The position numbers and the translations under genes were made by a program. This document shows positions 1 to 10,402 of a stretch of DNA of 42,936 nt, piece after piece. Under the pieces are notes generated by a model. The model was not told the DNA's origin and made no database searches. It saw nothing but the letters and a program-made list of their open reading frames with translations. The stretch is from Promethearchaeota archaeon. GTDB taxonomy: Archaea; Asgardarchaeota; Lokiarchaeia; Sigyniarchaeales; SOKP01. The stretch's first letter is position 1, and the number at the start of each line of letters is the position of its first letter. The stretch is taken from positions 1 through 42,936 of the forward strand of contig JBHLME010000023.1 of assembly GCA_048938445.1 (NCBI GenBank). Reading direction: 5' to 3'.

Positions 1-233
1 ATCCCAAAAACCAGGCTTCTTTTTGAATGAGGTCCGACCTCTCCTGTAGCAAGAGGATTTTGCGGGATCTTATCACTTTTTTGGAGGATTTGTGATTTAG
101 ATTGTGTATTCAGGATTGTTTGCTGTGAACCAGAATAGGAAATCGTAGAGGTTGTCTTAATAATCGCTCCACATTTTTGACAAAATTTTTGTTCTTGTTC
201 CAAAAGCTTTTCTCCACAATTAGTACAAAACAT
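1..233 (-). CDS. Zinc-ribbon membrane-protein family member, partial (3' end runs off the window; not in the ORF track)
   Basis: Manual translation from ATG at 233: MFCTNCGEKLLEQEQKFCQKCGAII...GEVGPHSKRSLVFG. Two CxxC motifs, and GPHSKRSLVFG matches GPYSKRALGFS/GSRSKQALGFS of the ORFs at 42332 and 41534. Confidence 0.8.
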   Translation of the reverse strand, partial: MFCTNCGEKLLEQEQKFCQKCGAIIKTTSTISYSGSQQTILNTQSKSQILQKSDKIPQNPLATGEVGPHSKRSLVFG

Positions 234-354
234 GTAATTTTCATCTTTTTTATTTTTTCATTATGTATTTAACTATCATTATATTTAAAAGTATTACAAC
301 AGGCTAGTAGTAAAGTGTTATTTTATCATCAAAAACTTTAATTTTCTTATAAGA

Positions 355-1320
355 CTAAATTATTTCATTTTTTTTTAGCATGAAAATGATGATATGAACT
401 ACAATACTAAATGTCACGCTAAATTTGAAAAACTTGTAGATGATATCGATCTGTTTAAGAAATTGATAGATGTGATAAATAAAGACAATTAATATAAGTG
501 TACTTAAAAACGAAAACAATACCAAACTAAGATCGAATAATCTACTAATTAAAAATGATAATAAAAGAATTACTGGATATAAAAAAAGTGGAATGGATTT
601 CCAAAATAAATCTATATTTATTATTGGTTCTGGTTTAATTGATAAATTCATTCCATGAATATATGATATAGATGCATAGGATTTTCCATATTTGAAATAT
701 TTTTTTATATTTTCAATAGGGTTCCTGTAATTACAATGTAAAACTAAACCTTTAGGCACATATATTAATTTAAATCCTTTTTTAATTGATCTCCAAGAAA
801 ATTCTAAGTCTTCAATTCTATAATTTAAAAAACCTCCAACAGAATGCCACGTGTCTTTTTTAAATAACATGTTGCTCGTATTAAGAAAATTAATTTTTGA
901 TTCTTTAGTTATAATCCTTTCATAATCTACATTAAAAGGATTTAATTTTGTTTCCCTAAGATCATTGAAAATAACTTTTCCTCCTACTATATCATAATTT
1001 TTTAGATAGGGTACTAAATCTTTTAACCAATTTTTTGAAACAAAGCAGTCTGAATCAGTTAAAGCAATTATGTCATATTTTGCTTCTTTAATGCCAATAT
1101 TTCTAGCTTCAGCAGATCCTACTGATTTATCTAAAAATATAGATTTTACCGAATAATTTTTTAACAGTTCCTGAGTATTATCCGTTGAGCAATCATCAAC
1201 AAATATAATTTCATATACTTCGTAATTTAATTTAGATAAATTTTTAATCAATTCAAGTAATAGATGTCCTCTGTTCTTTATTGGAATAATTATCGAAACT
1301 GGTTTGAAAATAGCACTCAA
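355..1320 (-). CDS. GT2 family glycosyltransferase with C-terminal TM helices
   Basis: VSIIIPIKN, FVDDCSTD, ARNIG, DxD (TDSDC), ED motif (IEDLEF), hydrophobic C-terminus; TTG start. Confidence 0.9.
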   Translation of the reverse strand: MSAIFKPVSIIIPIKNRGHLLLELIKNLSKLNYEVYEIIFVDDCSTDNTQELLKNYSVKSIFLDKSVGSAEARNIGIKEAKYDIIALTDSDCFVSKNWLKDLVPYLKNYDIVGGKVIFNDLRETKLNPFNVDYERIITKESKINFLNTSNMLFKKDTWHSVGGFLNYRIEDLEFSWRSIKKGFKLIYVPKGLVLHCNYRNPIENIKKYFKYGKSYASISYIHGMNLSIKPEPIINIDLFWKSIPLFLYPVILLLSFLISRLFDLSLVLFSFLSTLILIVFIYHIYQFLKQIDIIYKFFKFSVTFSIVVHIIIFMLKKNEII

Positions 1321-1393
1321 CTTAATATAAAAATTTAATAGAATTACTATTTTAAATCTTATTATTCAATGATCAATAGTCTAAATAAAATAC

Positions 1394-2425
1394 ATGGATA
1401 CTATCAAATATAAAATCTTAAGAAATTTGGGATTAAGCTACGTAAAAAGAATTCTAAGAGTAATAAAAGGACCCGTCTTTGTGAGTATTTTTTTCACTCG
1501 TGATTGTAATCTTGATTGTGATTATTGTGTAACATCAAAAAATCCAAAAAAGTCAGATTTGAGCATTACACAATGGAAAAATATTATAACTCAATTATAT
1601 AATCAAGGTTGTAGGTTTATCACAATTTATGGTGGTGAACCTACACTTCGACAGGATTTAGGTGATTTAATAAAGCATTGTATTGATTTAAAAATTTATA
1701 CTCACGTGGTAACGAATGGAACTCTATTGAATGAAGTTTTACTTGAAAAATTTGCATCATATGGGTATCTCCTTTTAGGAATAAGCATCGATAGTATCTC
1801 AGATACTCATTTTAGTAAAAAAAAGTATAATAAAGAATTGATAGATTTACTTTATAAAATTCAACAAAAGTATCCTCTTAATATAGATTATAGTTTTCAT
1901 ATAATTATTACGAAGTACAATATAAAGGAACTTATTCCATTAATAAAATTGATATCTAATGAATTAAATTGTAGATTTTCTCTCGATCCAGTTCATTCAT
2001 CATTAAATTTAAATGAAGATTACAAATATCGAAGTTTTTGCCCTGATTTAACATTAGATAAGGATTCTGTTAATCGATTAACAAGAGTAATTCAAAACTT
2101 GAAAAGAAATAACATTCAAACCTTCTCCCCAAATTCATATTATAATAAAATGAATAAGTGGTATCAGAAGAAATATTCTTGGGAATGTGATGCGGGGGAT
2201 TTATATTTTGCTATTGATAATGATGGAAAAGTAATGTTATGCGAAGATGTGAGCACTAATATTCCGTTTAATGAATTTATCAGATTATCGCATAAAAAAA
2301 GAATGAAACTTATTAAAGAATTTAAATTTGATTATTGTCAATGTTTTAAGCCATGCTATTGGAATCCTACGTATTTTGTTAAACATCCAATTAGTACATT
2401 TTTATATAGATTTCTATTAAAATAA
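1394..2425 (+). CDS. Radical SAM protein with C-terminal SPASM/twitch-like Cys cluster
   Basis: CNLDCDYC, GGEPTL, TNG, then CDAG...DGKVMLC...CQCFKPC. Confidence 0.9.
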   Translation: MDTIKYKILRNLGLSYVKRILRVIKGPVFVSIFFTRDCNLDCDYCVTSKNPKKSDLSITQWKNIITQLYNQGCRFITIYGGEPTLRQDLGDLIKHCIDLKIYTHVVTNGTLLNEVLLEKFASYGYLLLGISIDSISDTHFSKKKYNKELIDLLYKIQQKYPLNIDYSFHIIITKYNIKELIPLIKLISNELNCRFSLDPVHSSLNLNEDYKYRSFCPDLTLDKDSVNRLTRVIQNLKRNNIQTFSPNSYYNKMNKWYQKKYSWECDAGDLYFAIDNDGKVMLCEDVSTNIPFNEFIRLSHKKRMKLIKEFKFDYCQCFKPCYWNPTYFVKHPISTFLYRFLLK

Positions 2426-2442
2426 AAATTATAATATAAAAA

Positions 2443-3225
2443 TTGCCCTATATCAACATAAATCAGTTGAAAATTTTTTATCTCGAAAATAATACAAGTG
2501 GATTACCTCTTTTTTTTATTCATGGATGGTTAGGTAATTCATTTGAATGGTTAAATCAATTATGTTATTTCAATACCACAGACCATGTAATCTCATTGGA
2601 TTTACCTGGTTTTGGAAAATCAGATAAACCAAAAACTAGTTATTCAATTGATTTTTTTAGTGATCTAATTTTAAATTTTCTAGAAACACTTGGATATGAT
2701 GAAGTAATTCTTATTGGGCATTCTTTAGGTGGACTGATAGCACAAGATATTGTTTTCAAAAAACCAACTATCGTGAAGCGATTAATATTAATTAGCACAT
2801 CCAACACATTTTCTCGATCATTGAGAGAAAGATTTATTCTATTTTGGGTAAAAATTTTTTTTGAATTAAATTATAAAAATTTTCTGAAGAATATAATAAA
2901 ACAAATACTTTCTACAAATTATGAAAACAGGGAATTCAAAAGACATTATAATAAAGCATTAAAAATTCCAAAATTCGTAGTATTAAATACATTTAAAAAT
3001 ATGACTTCTAATATGATAAACGATCATCAATTGTCAAGTATCAAACAACCTACGCTTATAATTTATGGAAGAGAGGATAAAATAATATCCAAATCTAAAT
3101 TTAATAATCTGGAGAATTTAATTAATGCTTCAGAAGTTCATGTTATTAAAAATAGCCACCATAGGGTAATGGTTGAGAATTATACCAAAGTTAATAAATT
3201 AATTGAAAATTTTATTCGGAAATAA
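2443..3225 (+). CDS. Alpha/beta hydrolase
   Basis: FIHGW, DLPGFGKS, nucleophile elbow GHSLGG, GREDKII, C-terminal His. Confidence 0.9.
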   Translation: MPYININQLKIFYLENNTSGLPLFFIHGWLGNSFEWLNQLCYFNTTDHVISLDLPGFGKSDKPKTSYSIDFFSDLILNFLETLGYDEVILIGHSLGGLIAQDIVFKKPTIVKRLILISTSNTFSRSLRERFILFWVKIFFELNYKNFLKNIIKQILSTNYENREFKRHYNKALKIPKFVVLNTFKNMTSNMINDHQLSSIKQPTLIIYGREDKIISKSKFNNLENLINASEVHVIKNSHHRVMVENYTKVNKLIENFIRK

Positions 3226-4312
3226 CTTTAAATTTTTTATTTACTTCATCAATTTCATCTTCATTAAACTGACGCACGACTTTAGCAGGAGATCCTATAG
3301 CAATGGAAAATGGTGGAATGTCATCAGCCACTACAGATCTTGCTCCAATTATTGACCCTCTTCCTATTGTTACTCCTGGTAAAACAAGTGAATAAGCACC
3401 TATTCTAGCATTTTCACATATCTTAATAGGACCAAAACTAAAACTTCCATGTTTTACATTCATAGCATTATGGGTTAAAAATTTTACACCAATACCACAT
3501 CCGCTTCCATCTTCAAATTCAATTAATTCAGGTAAGAGAGGATCAGGCATTGCTTTTTGTGAAATATGGCAATTATCTCCTATTTTCATGCCAATAAATC
3601 GAAATAATTTATTTCTAGCTCTTGGCCAACCCGTTAAATATGTAATAATTAAGGAAATTAAATGATTAAATGCTCCTTTAACAAACCAAGAAATGGAATA
3701 TCCTTGAGTTTGAAGGTAATTAGCTATAATTAACATGGGAACAGGAGTGAATAAATGTTCTTCTGTATCAATGATAATATTAGTGATTTTTCCAGAAATT
3801 TCAATTTTGAATTTTGGCTTCTCCTTCTTCCAAATTTTCCTTGCTTTAATTAAATCTTTTAAAAATATGTAAAAGTCTACATTTACTAAAACCAAGACTA
3901 AACTAAATGCAAAATTAACAGGTATAAATAATAGCATTAACATTAACCTTGTATATAGACTTAAATCTTGATTGAATAAAATACTAATATAAGCATAATT
4001 GATGATAATGAATGTTATTAATACATACCCTAATAAACTAAATACATATAGGATTGAACCAAATAATTGTTTTGTTTTTGCAACATTATATCCTAAAACA
4101 TATACAGGAAGTAAAAGCACGTAAGTAATGAAAACTCCACCATAAATAAATAAACTATATTCATAAAAAATCAATGATAACCAAGTAACTACATTATCAT
4201 AGATAATGTCAATCCATGGAATTGAAAAAAACACACGATTAATAATGAAGATTATCGCCAAAAATGCACTTAAGAGTAAGAAAGTAAATGAAATAATGAA
4301 TCCTTTTTTCAT
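3212..4312 (-). CDS. Hexapeptide-repeat (LbH) acyltransferase fused to an N-terminal multi-TM domain
   Basis: About 150 aa of hydrophobic helices, then GMKIGDNCHI...LTH...IGAYSLVLPGVTIGRGSIIGARSVVADDIPP...GSPAK. Confidence 0.85.
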   Translation of the reverse strand: MKKGFIISFTFLLLSAFLAIIFIINRVFFSIPWIDIIYDNVVTWLSLIFYEYSLFIYGGVFITYVLLLPVYVLGYNVAKTKQLFGSILYVFSLLGYVLITFIIINYAYISILFNQDLSLYTRLMLMLLFIPVNFAFSLVLVLVNVDFYIFLKDLIKARKIWKKEKPKFKIEISGKITNIIIDTEEHLFTPVPMLIIANYLQTQGYSISWFVKGAFNHLISLIITYLTGWPRARNKLFRFIGMKIGDNCHISQKAMPDPLLPELIEFEDGSGCGIGVKFLTHNAMNVKHGSFSFGPIKICENARIGAYSLVLPGVTIGRGSIIGARSVVADDIPPFSIAIGSPAKVVRQFNEDEIDEVNKKFKVISE

Positions 4313-4462
4313 TTTGACAAAATATTTACTATTATTATTATTAAAAAATTTTTATAGCTTTACAGAATATTAAAATATCATATTATTAATACTAATATAA
4401 TTTTTTCTAAAAAACCAACAAATTAAATTTATATGAAGAAGTTTAATTGATAGTACATTAAA

Positions 4463-5224
4463 TTGAGTATGATGAATCAGAATCCTAAAATATCAGTAAT
4501 TATCCCAACATACAACGAAGAGAATAATATAAAAGAAACTTTAATAGCAGTTAAAAACCAATTATGTGATTTTACCTATGAAATCATCGTAGTGGATGGA
4601 CAAAGTAAAGATGAAACGGTTTCTATAGCAAAACAATATGCCAGAGTGTATATTTCACCACAAAAAGGTAAAGTAGCTCAGTTAAATCATGCTACACCAA
4701 AGTCTAATGGTGAGTTAATCATATTTTTGGATGCAGATACACTAATAGATCCATTTTTCTTACATAAGATTAACAAAATTTTTAAAAAAAATAAAAATCT
4801 TTTTGCATGTAGTGCTAGATTCAAATATTATGATGGAAAGGCTCTTTCAATCAAGTTGGGGTCCATGAGATTTATAATAACAAGTTATTTCTTTTTCAAT
4901 TTTAATATGCATTTATGGTATTTTTTCAAAACATTTTTTGGATTTCCTGAACTCTCAGGATGCAATATAATTGTAAGAAGAGATATCTTCTTTAAAGCGG
5001 GCGGTTTCAAGCAACCCCCAAATTCTTTAGGAATCGATAAAGTATTTTCAGATTCTTTGATTTATCTAAGTAGGAAATTAAAAAGGGGAAAAATAAAAAC
5101 ATTAAATTTTATCTCAGTGTTAACAAGTGGAAGGCATATAACTATGAAACGTAGCATGAACCGTATTAATCAGTACTATTCAAAAAAAGATATTTACCAT
5201 GATTTAGCAAAACAAATTCAATAG
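4463..5224 (+). CDS. GT2 family glycosyltransferase (true start probably ATG at 4469 or 4472)
   Basis: ISVIIPTYNEE, VVDGQSKD, FLDAD. Confidence 0.9.
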   Translation: MSMMNQNPKISVIIPTYNEENNIKETLIAVKNQLCDFTYEIIVVDGQSKDETVSIAKQYARVYISPQKGKVAQLNHATPKSNGELIIFLDADTLIDPFFLHKINKIFKKNKNLFACSARFKYYDGKALSIKLGSMRFIITSYFFFNFNMHLWYFFKTFFGFPELSGCNIIVRRDIFFKAGGFKQPPNSLGIDKVFSDSLIYLSRKLKRGKIKTLNFISVLTSGRHITMKRSMNRINQYYSKKDIYHDLAKQIQ

Positions 5225-5251
5225 AAAAATTAGAATTTTTTTAAAGATATA

Positions 5252-6001
5252 ATGAGAATTGCGATTACATTTGATGTTGAAAGAGATATCCCTCATAATT
5301 TGGATACTTGTTTTGGAATAAAAGACGGATTAATAAAAATTTTAGATTTATTAGATAAATTTCACATTAAAGGTACATTTTTCTGTACGGGTAATATCGC
5401 TGAAGATTTTCCAAAGATGATAAGATTAATTGAAGAAAAAGGTCATGAAATAGCATGTCATGGCTTAAATCATGAACGATTTAATAAATTAAATTTAGAA
5501 AAATGTTATGAAATAATATATGAAAATAAAGTGATTTTACAAAATCTATGTCAAAATAGTAAGATTATTGGTTTTCGTGCACCTTATTTAAAGCCTCCAA
5601 AGTCTATATTTACCGTATTAAAAAATTTAGGATTTGAATACGACTCATCAATAGATTCAAAAGATAAATTGGAATATTTTCAAAAGTTTAATGAAAAGGT
5701 TCAAGAATTTTACCCTTCTAAATATAGCATTTATTTTAGAATGCCCTATCCATTTTTAAAAAGAAAATTATTCAAACATGATTTACTTGTTTTATATTTT
5801 CACCCATGGGAAGCAATTAATATGAAAAAGGTGTTTATAAAACAAACATCAAGATCGAATGCTATTAAAAATATATTTTTTAGACTGGATCGTTGGTTAA
5901 ACACGGGAGACTCTTTTTTAAGGAAGTTAAATAATTTTATACAAGATTCTATGGTAAAAAAAGTGGAATTTATTACTTTAAATCAATTAATTGCTTCTTA
6001 G
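5252..6001 (+). CDS. Polysaccharide deacetylase (CE4/NodB-like)
   Basis: ITFDVE, HEIACHGLNH, GFRAPY, YDSS, YFHPWE. Confidence 0.9.
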   Translation: MRIAITFDVERDIPHNLDTCFGIKDGLIKILDLLDKFHIKGTFFCTGNIAEDFPKMIRLIEEKGHEIACHGLNHERFNKLNLEKCYEIIYENKVILQNLCQNSKIIGFRAPYLKPPKSIFTVLKNLGFEYDSSIDSKDKLEYFQKFNEKVQEFYPSKYSIYFRMPYPFLKRKLFKHDLLVLYFHPWEAINMKKVFIKQTSRSNAIKNIFFRLDRWLNTGDSFLRKLNNFIQDSMVKKVEFITLNQLIAS

Positions 6002-7136
6002 TTTTAAGTCCAAAACGAGCTGCTGTTTTTTTTGTAATGGAATGAATATCTGTAATTTCTTGTTCAGAAAATTCTGGGATATAATAATCTGGCTTATGTA
6101 AATTATTAACATAATACTCCTTGATTTTTATGAATTTATCAAAAGAAAGTTCACAATGTTCAAGGATTCTATCTATAATTTCTACGGGATTATCACATAA
6201 CTCATCATAGTTAATGATAAGTGCCGCTTCTTTAAGATTTTTATTGGCTTCAAGGGAATTTGCAGTATAATTATAGATTGAATTCCAATAATGTGCCCAA
6301 CCTTTCACATGTGTACTTTTAAACTTCCATAATTCACGTATTTTTCGAATTTCCTCTAAATTATTTACATTTATACAGATGCGATTATGACTGAATTCTT
6401 GATGTCCTAGAATTTTCATCCAATCATATAAAATTGGAATATTTTGTTCTAATTTATCAAAAAGTCTTTCTTGCTTTTTTAATGAAGCAATATGATTAAT
6501 TGGATTACGTATAATAATTAAAAATTTAGCAGATGGGAATATACGAAGGATATAATCCATCCTTGTAATGTTATAGTTATTTTTTGCTAAATATCGAGAA
6601 CTATTTTGACTTAAAATAAGCTTCTTTATATGGTTTAGGTAAAATTCTTCAAATTTTGGATTTATCACTTCTTCACTAAGTATGTCAGAAAATTTCTCTT
6701 TTTTAATGTTTTTAAAATATCTTCTCCAAAAAAATTCTTCTACCGCTTCAGGACTATCTTGGGTAACCATTATACCATCCTGATGAATCCTTTCCATTGG
6801 TTCTGAATAAATGGGTATTAATTCTGTAAGTTTTTGGATCCAATAAGGTATATAAGGTAAGAGAAGATGTTTATATTGATGGGAAGCTAAATCAGGGTGC
6901 TTACTCAACATCTCTAACAAAATTGTAGTTCCAGCACGTGCAAGACCTGTTATATAAATTGGTTTTTCAATTCGTACTTGCTTTATTTCATTTTTTAATG
7001 ATAAAGTTTCAATTCTCTCAAGCAAGTGTGTATATGGTTTGAAAAATAAGAAGAATTTTAAACTAATATATGCAGCATATCCAGATAAAGGTAAATTAGC
7101 ATTGCGGTCTTGAAATTTAATTTTTATTCGAAGCAT
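5973..7136 (-). CDS. PAPS-dependent sulfotransferase family protein
   Basis: 5'-PSB loop GLARAGTTIL, KN motif, 3'-PB-like IIRNPINHIAS, YDELCDNP. Confidence 0.85.
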   Translation of the reverse strand: MLRIKIKFQDRNANLPLSGYAAYISLKFFLFFKPYTHLLERIETLSLKNEIKQVRIEKPIYITGLARAGTTILLEMLSKHPDLASHQYKHLLLPYIPYWIQKLTELIPIYSEPMERIHQDGIMVTQDSPEAVEEFFWRRYFKNIKKEKFSDILSEEVINPKFEEFYLNHIKKLILSQNSSRYLAKNNYNITRMDYILRIFPSAKFLIIIRNPINHIASLKKQERLFDKLEQNIPILYDWMKILGHQEFSHNRICINVNNLEEIRKIRELWKFKSTHVKGWAHYWNSIYNYTANSLEANKNLKEAALIINYDELCDNPVEIIDRILEHCELSFDKFIKIKEYYVNNLHKPDYYIPEFSEQEITDIHSITKKTAARFGLKTKKQLIDLK

Positions 7137-7212
7137 TACAATTAATTTTATCTATATTCAATCAATTTGTATATTAATATATTGAGGAGTGAATTATTCC
7201 TTGAGTAAAAAT

Positions 7213-8697
7213 TTACCCGTGAAATGTTTTAATTTTCTTACTTTTATACTTTGAATCATTAAATTTTATATTGTATTTCATATCTCTAATATCTTTAAAG
7301 AAATTTAAAAGTTCCTTAATAGCAACATGATTTTTTCTCATGTTTAATAATAATGTTATTCCCTTTCTCTTATATAGTTTTATTATAGTATCTTTCCAAC
7401 CTCTATGAAAATATCCATAATAATATGCTTTTGATAAGAGTTGTTCTAGTTTCTCTTTTGATAAATATTTTAAACGGTTTACTGCTGTAGTAAAATTATA
7501 TTCACTCCAATTATTAGAGAGTAAATAATCCTTTTTTATCATCAGCTCTCTGAATTCTGTACCAGGTAAGGGTGTCATGATAGAATATAATGGAAAATCA
7601 ATTCTTAATTTTTTAACAATTCTTATCATCAAATCTGTATCTTCCTCTTTTTCTTCTATGTTTGAACCTATTAATAAACTTCCAATTATGATAATATTAT
7701 TATCGTGAAGAATTTTAATTGCTTTAATGATATCTTTAAATTTTACTCTTTTCTGAATTGCATTCAGAGAATTTTGATTAAAAGATTCAATTCCAAGGAA
7801 AAATAACCAGAATCCCGCATCTGACATTTTTTTGATGACCTTAGGATTCTTAGTAATTACATCGATACGACTTTGACATATAAAATCTAATTTAATCCCT
7901 TCTTTAATTATTAGATCACATATATTTTCAACTCTCTTCATGTTAGCTGTAAAATTATCATCTACAATAAGCACGTTTTGTCTTCTTTTTTGACGAGCAA
8001 TTAATTTTAATTCTTTAATTACTTTTTTAGTATCCTTTATTCTATAGGTACCTCGATGAAAGAGATGTATGTTACAAAAAGTGCATTTATAAGGGCACCC
8101 TCTTGAAGTTTCAATAACATCAATGGGCATTTGAAATATTTGATAATAAGAACCATTATTCCTTAAATGTCTTGCAGGTAATGGTAAAACATTTAAATCC
8201 TTGATCAGAGCACGATCTGGATTATTAATAATGTTGTTATTGTTCTTATATGATATTCCTTCAATATCTTCTAGATTCTTATTTTCAATTAATTCTCTGA
8301 AAGTAACCTCTCCTTCTCCCCTGACTATAACATCAATATAAGAGAGTTTTAAAACTTCAGAATGAACGAAATTTGGATGCCATCCACCTAATATGGTATG
8401 ATAACCCCGCAATTTTGATTCTTTTGCTATTTTTAAAGCAAAATCAACCCCTATTGTAAAATTACATGAAATTCCAACAATATTTGGATGAAATTCATCA
8501 ATTTCCTTTATGATTTCTTCAGGAGTTAGCTTTCTTACTTTCGCATCAATAATCTTCACTTGCGTTAAATCTAAAATATTAGCTGCAATTGATTCTAGTC
8601 CTAAAGCGGGAATAGTAAAATTATCCGTGATACTTTTAGTAATAAAATTTGGATTTACTAAAACGACCTTATTAATTTTTTCACTGGTTAATTTCAT
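7213..8697 (-). CDS. B12-binding radical SAM enzyme (class B type)
   Basis: N-terminal cobalamin-binding region (PALGL, GGWHP, RGEGE), TSRGCPYKCTFC, DDNFT, GIES, TPLPGT. Confidence 0.92.
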   Translation of the reverse strand: MKLTSEKINKVVLVNPNFITKSITDNFTIPALGLESIAANILDLTQVKIIDAKVRKLTPEEIIKEIDEFHPNIVGISCNFTIGVDFALKIAKESKLRGYHTILGGWHPNFVHSEVLKLSYIDVIVRGEGEVTFRELIENKNLEDIEGISYKNNNNIINNPDRALIKDLNVLPLPARHLRNNGSYYQIFQMPIDVIETSRGCPYKCTFCNIHLFHRGTYRIKDTKKVIKELKLIARQKRRQNVLIVDDNFTANMKRVENICDLIIKEGIKLDFICQSRIDVITKNPKVIKKMSDAGFWLFFLGIESFNQNSLNAIQKRVKFKDIIKAIKILHDNNIIIIGSLLIGSNIEEKEEDTDLMIRIVKKLRIDFPLYSIMTPLPGTEFRELMIKKDYLLSNNWSEYNFTTAVNRLKYLSKEKLEQLLSKAYYYGYFHRGWKDTIIKLYKRKGITLLLNMRKNHVAIKELLNFFKDIRDMKYNIKFNDSKYKSKKIKTFHG

Positions 8698-8908
8698 TTT
8701 GATGAACCAATTTTATTATTTTAGATAATTAATATATTTTTAATTTTTTCATCTCCATTTCTCAATGGAAATTACCTTATAACTTTACTAAAATCATTCT
8801 CAATTTAATGGTAAGATAAATAAAAATCTGCTAATAATAAAAATAATTAGGTTTTAATTTGGTCAATAAATTCATAAATTTATTAGACATATTATAAAAA
8901 TTGAATTA

Positions 8909-10384
8909 TTGTGTGATTATTTGAAAACATCATTAATATTTCCAAAACCTCCCGAAAAAGGAACTTTTTGTGGTACAGTTAAAGAAGCTGAGCGATATTA
9001 TAAAGAAAAGATAGAATTTTATGGATTTCCGCCCATGGGCATCTTATATCTTGCTTCATATTTAAGTGAAAACAATCATGAAGTATCAATTCTCGATCAA
9101 TTCGCTAGGGGGTATTCTATTGAGAGAACACTTAAATGGATTAAGAATGAAGATCCAGATATTTTAGGATTTTCAACTATAACAACCGCAGGAACGGGTA
9201 TCACTTCTGCTGAACTCGCGAAAAGAGTCAAGGAAGAAATAAATCCAAATATTAAGATTTTTTTTGGAAATTATCACGCAACTTTTAATGATACCAGAAT
9301 ATTAGAGAAATATCCTTTTATTGATGGTTGTGTAAGAGGAGAAGGTGAAAATACATTATTAGAAATCGTTGAAAATTTAGAGAAAGGGCGAAATTTTGAA
9401 GACATAAGGGGGTTAACTTATCGGAATAATGGAAGAATCATTAGGAATGATGATAGACCTCTTATTAAGGATATTGATACCCTTCCATTTCCAAAAAGGG
9501 AATTATTAGGAAATGTTGATTATAAAAGCAAAGTTGAAGGGCTTGATATTTCTTTTGGAAAATTCACATCCGCGGCTTCCTCGAGGGGATGTTCATTTAA
9601 ATGTTCCTTCTGCTCAAGTGCAATGTTTTGGAATAAATGGCGTCATAGATCTCCAGAAAATATTGTTGAAGAACTTTCCCTTCTTCAAGAACAAGGCTAT
9701 AAGAATTTTATTTGGATAGATGATAATTTTACGATAAATAAAAAGCGCTTATTGAAATTATCCTATTTATTAAGAAAGGAAAAAATTGATTTAAAATTCA
9801 TGGCTGAGGGGCGAGTAACAGAAAGTTCAAAAGAATTATTAACAGCAATGAAAGCGATGGGCTGTAGAACTTTAAGTTTTGGGGTTGAAAGTGGTTCGCA
9901 GAGAGTTTTAGACTGGTATAACAAAAATATTACGCTCAATCAAGTATATGACGCCTTAAAGAATTCAAGAAAGGTTGGAATCGATTTAATTTTAGCAAAT
10001 TTTATATTAGGTGCACCTATTGAGACAAGGGAAGAAATTATTAAAACAATTGATTTATCACTCAGATTAGATATTGATTTTCCACAATATCACATTTTAG
10101 GAATAATTCCGGGTAATTGGATTTGGGATCAAATGGTTAGAGAAAAAAAAATTGATCCAGAGAAATCTTGGGAAGTAGGAACTGCAGTTCTTACAATTCC
10201 TTTAAGTGAATTAATGAGTAGGATAAAGCATGCTCATTTAAAATTTATGCAAAGACCACAATTCATTACTCGCCAAATATTTAAAACCTTAAAGAGTAGT
10301 TATAGAATAAAAGCGTTTACTCATAACATGAAAAATATCGAAAGATGGGATATTTGGAATAGTTGGAAACCATTCTGGGGATAA
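8909..10384 (+). CDS. B12-binding radical SAM enzyme (class B type)
   Basis: PPMGILYLAS, GNYHAT, RGEGE, SSRGCSFKCSFC, DDNFT, GVESG. Confidence 0.92.
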   Translation: MCDYLKTSLIFPKPPEKGTFCGTVKEAERYYKEKIEFYGFPPMGILYLASYLSENNHEVSILDQFARGYSIERTLKWIKNEDPDILGFSTITTAGTGITSAELAKRVKEEINPNIKIFFGNYHATFNDTRILEKYPFIDGCVRGEGENTLLEIVENLEKGRNFEDIRGLTYRNNGRIIRNDDRPLIKDIDTLPFPKRELLGNVDYKSKVEGLDISFGKFTSAASSRGCSFKCSFCSSAMFWNKWRHRSPENIVEELSLLQEQGYKNFIWIDDNFTINKKRLLKLSYLLRKEKIDLKFMAEGRVTESSKELLTAMKAMGCRTLSFGVESGSQRVLDWYNKNITLNQVYDALKNSRKVGIDLILANFILGAPIETREEIIKTIDLSLRLDIDFPQYHILGIIPGNWIWDQMVREKKIDPEKSWEVGTAVLTIPLSELMSRIKHAHLKFMQRPQFITRQIFKTLKSSYRIKAFTHNMKNIERWDIWNSWKPFWG

Positions 10385-10402
10385 AAATAAAAATTATCTC
10401 CA

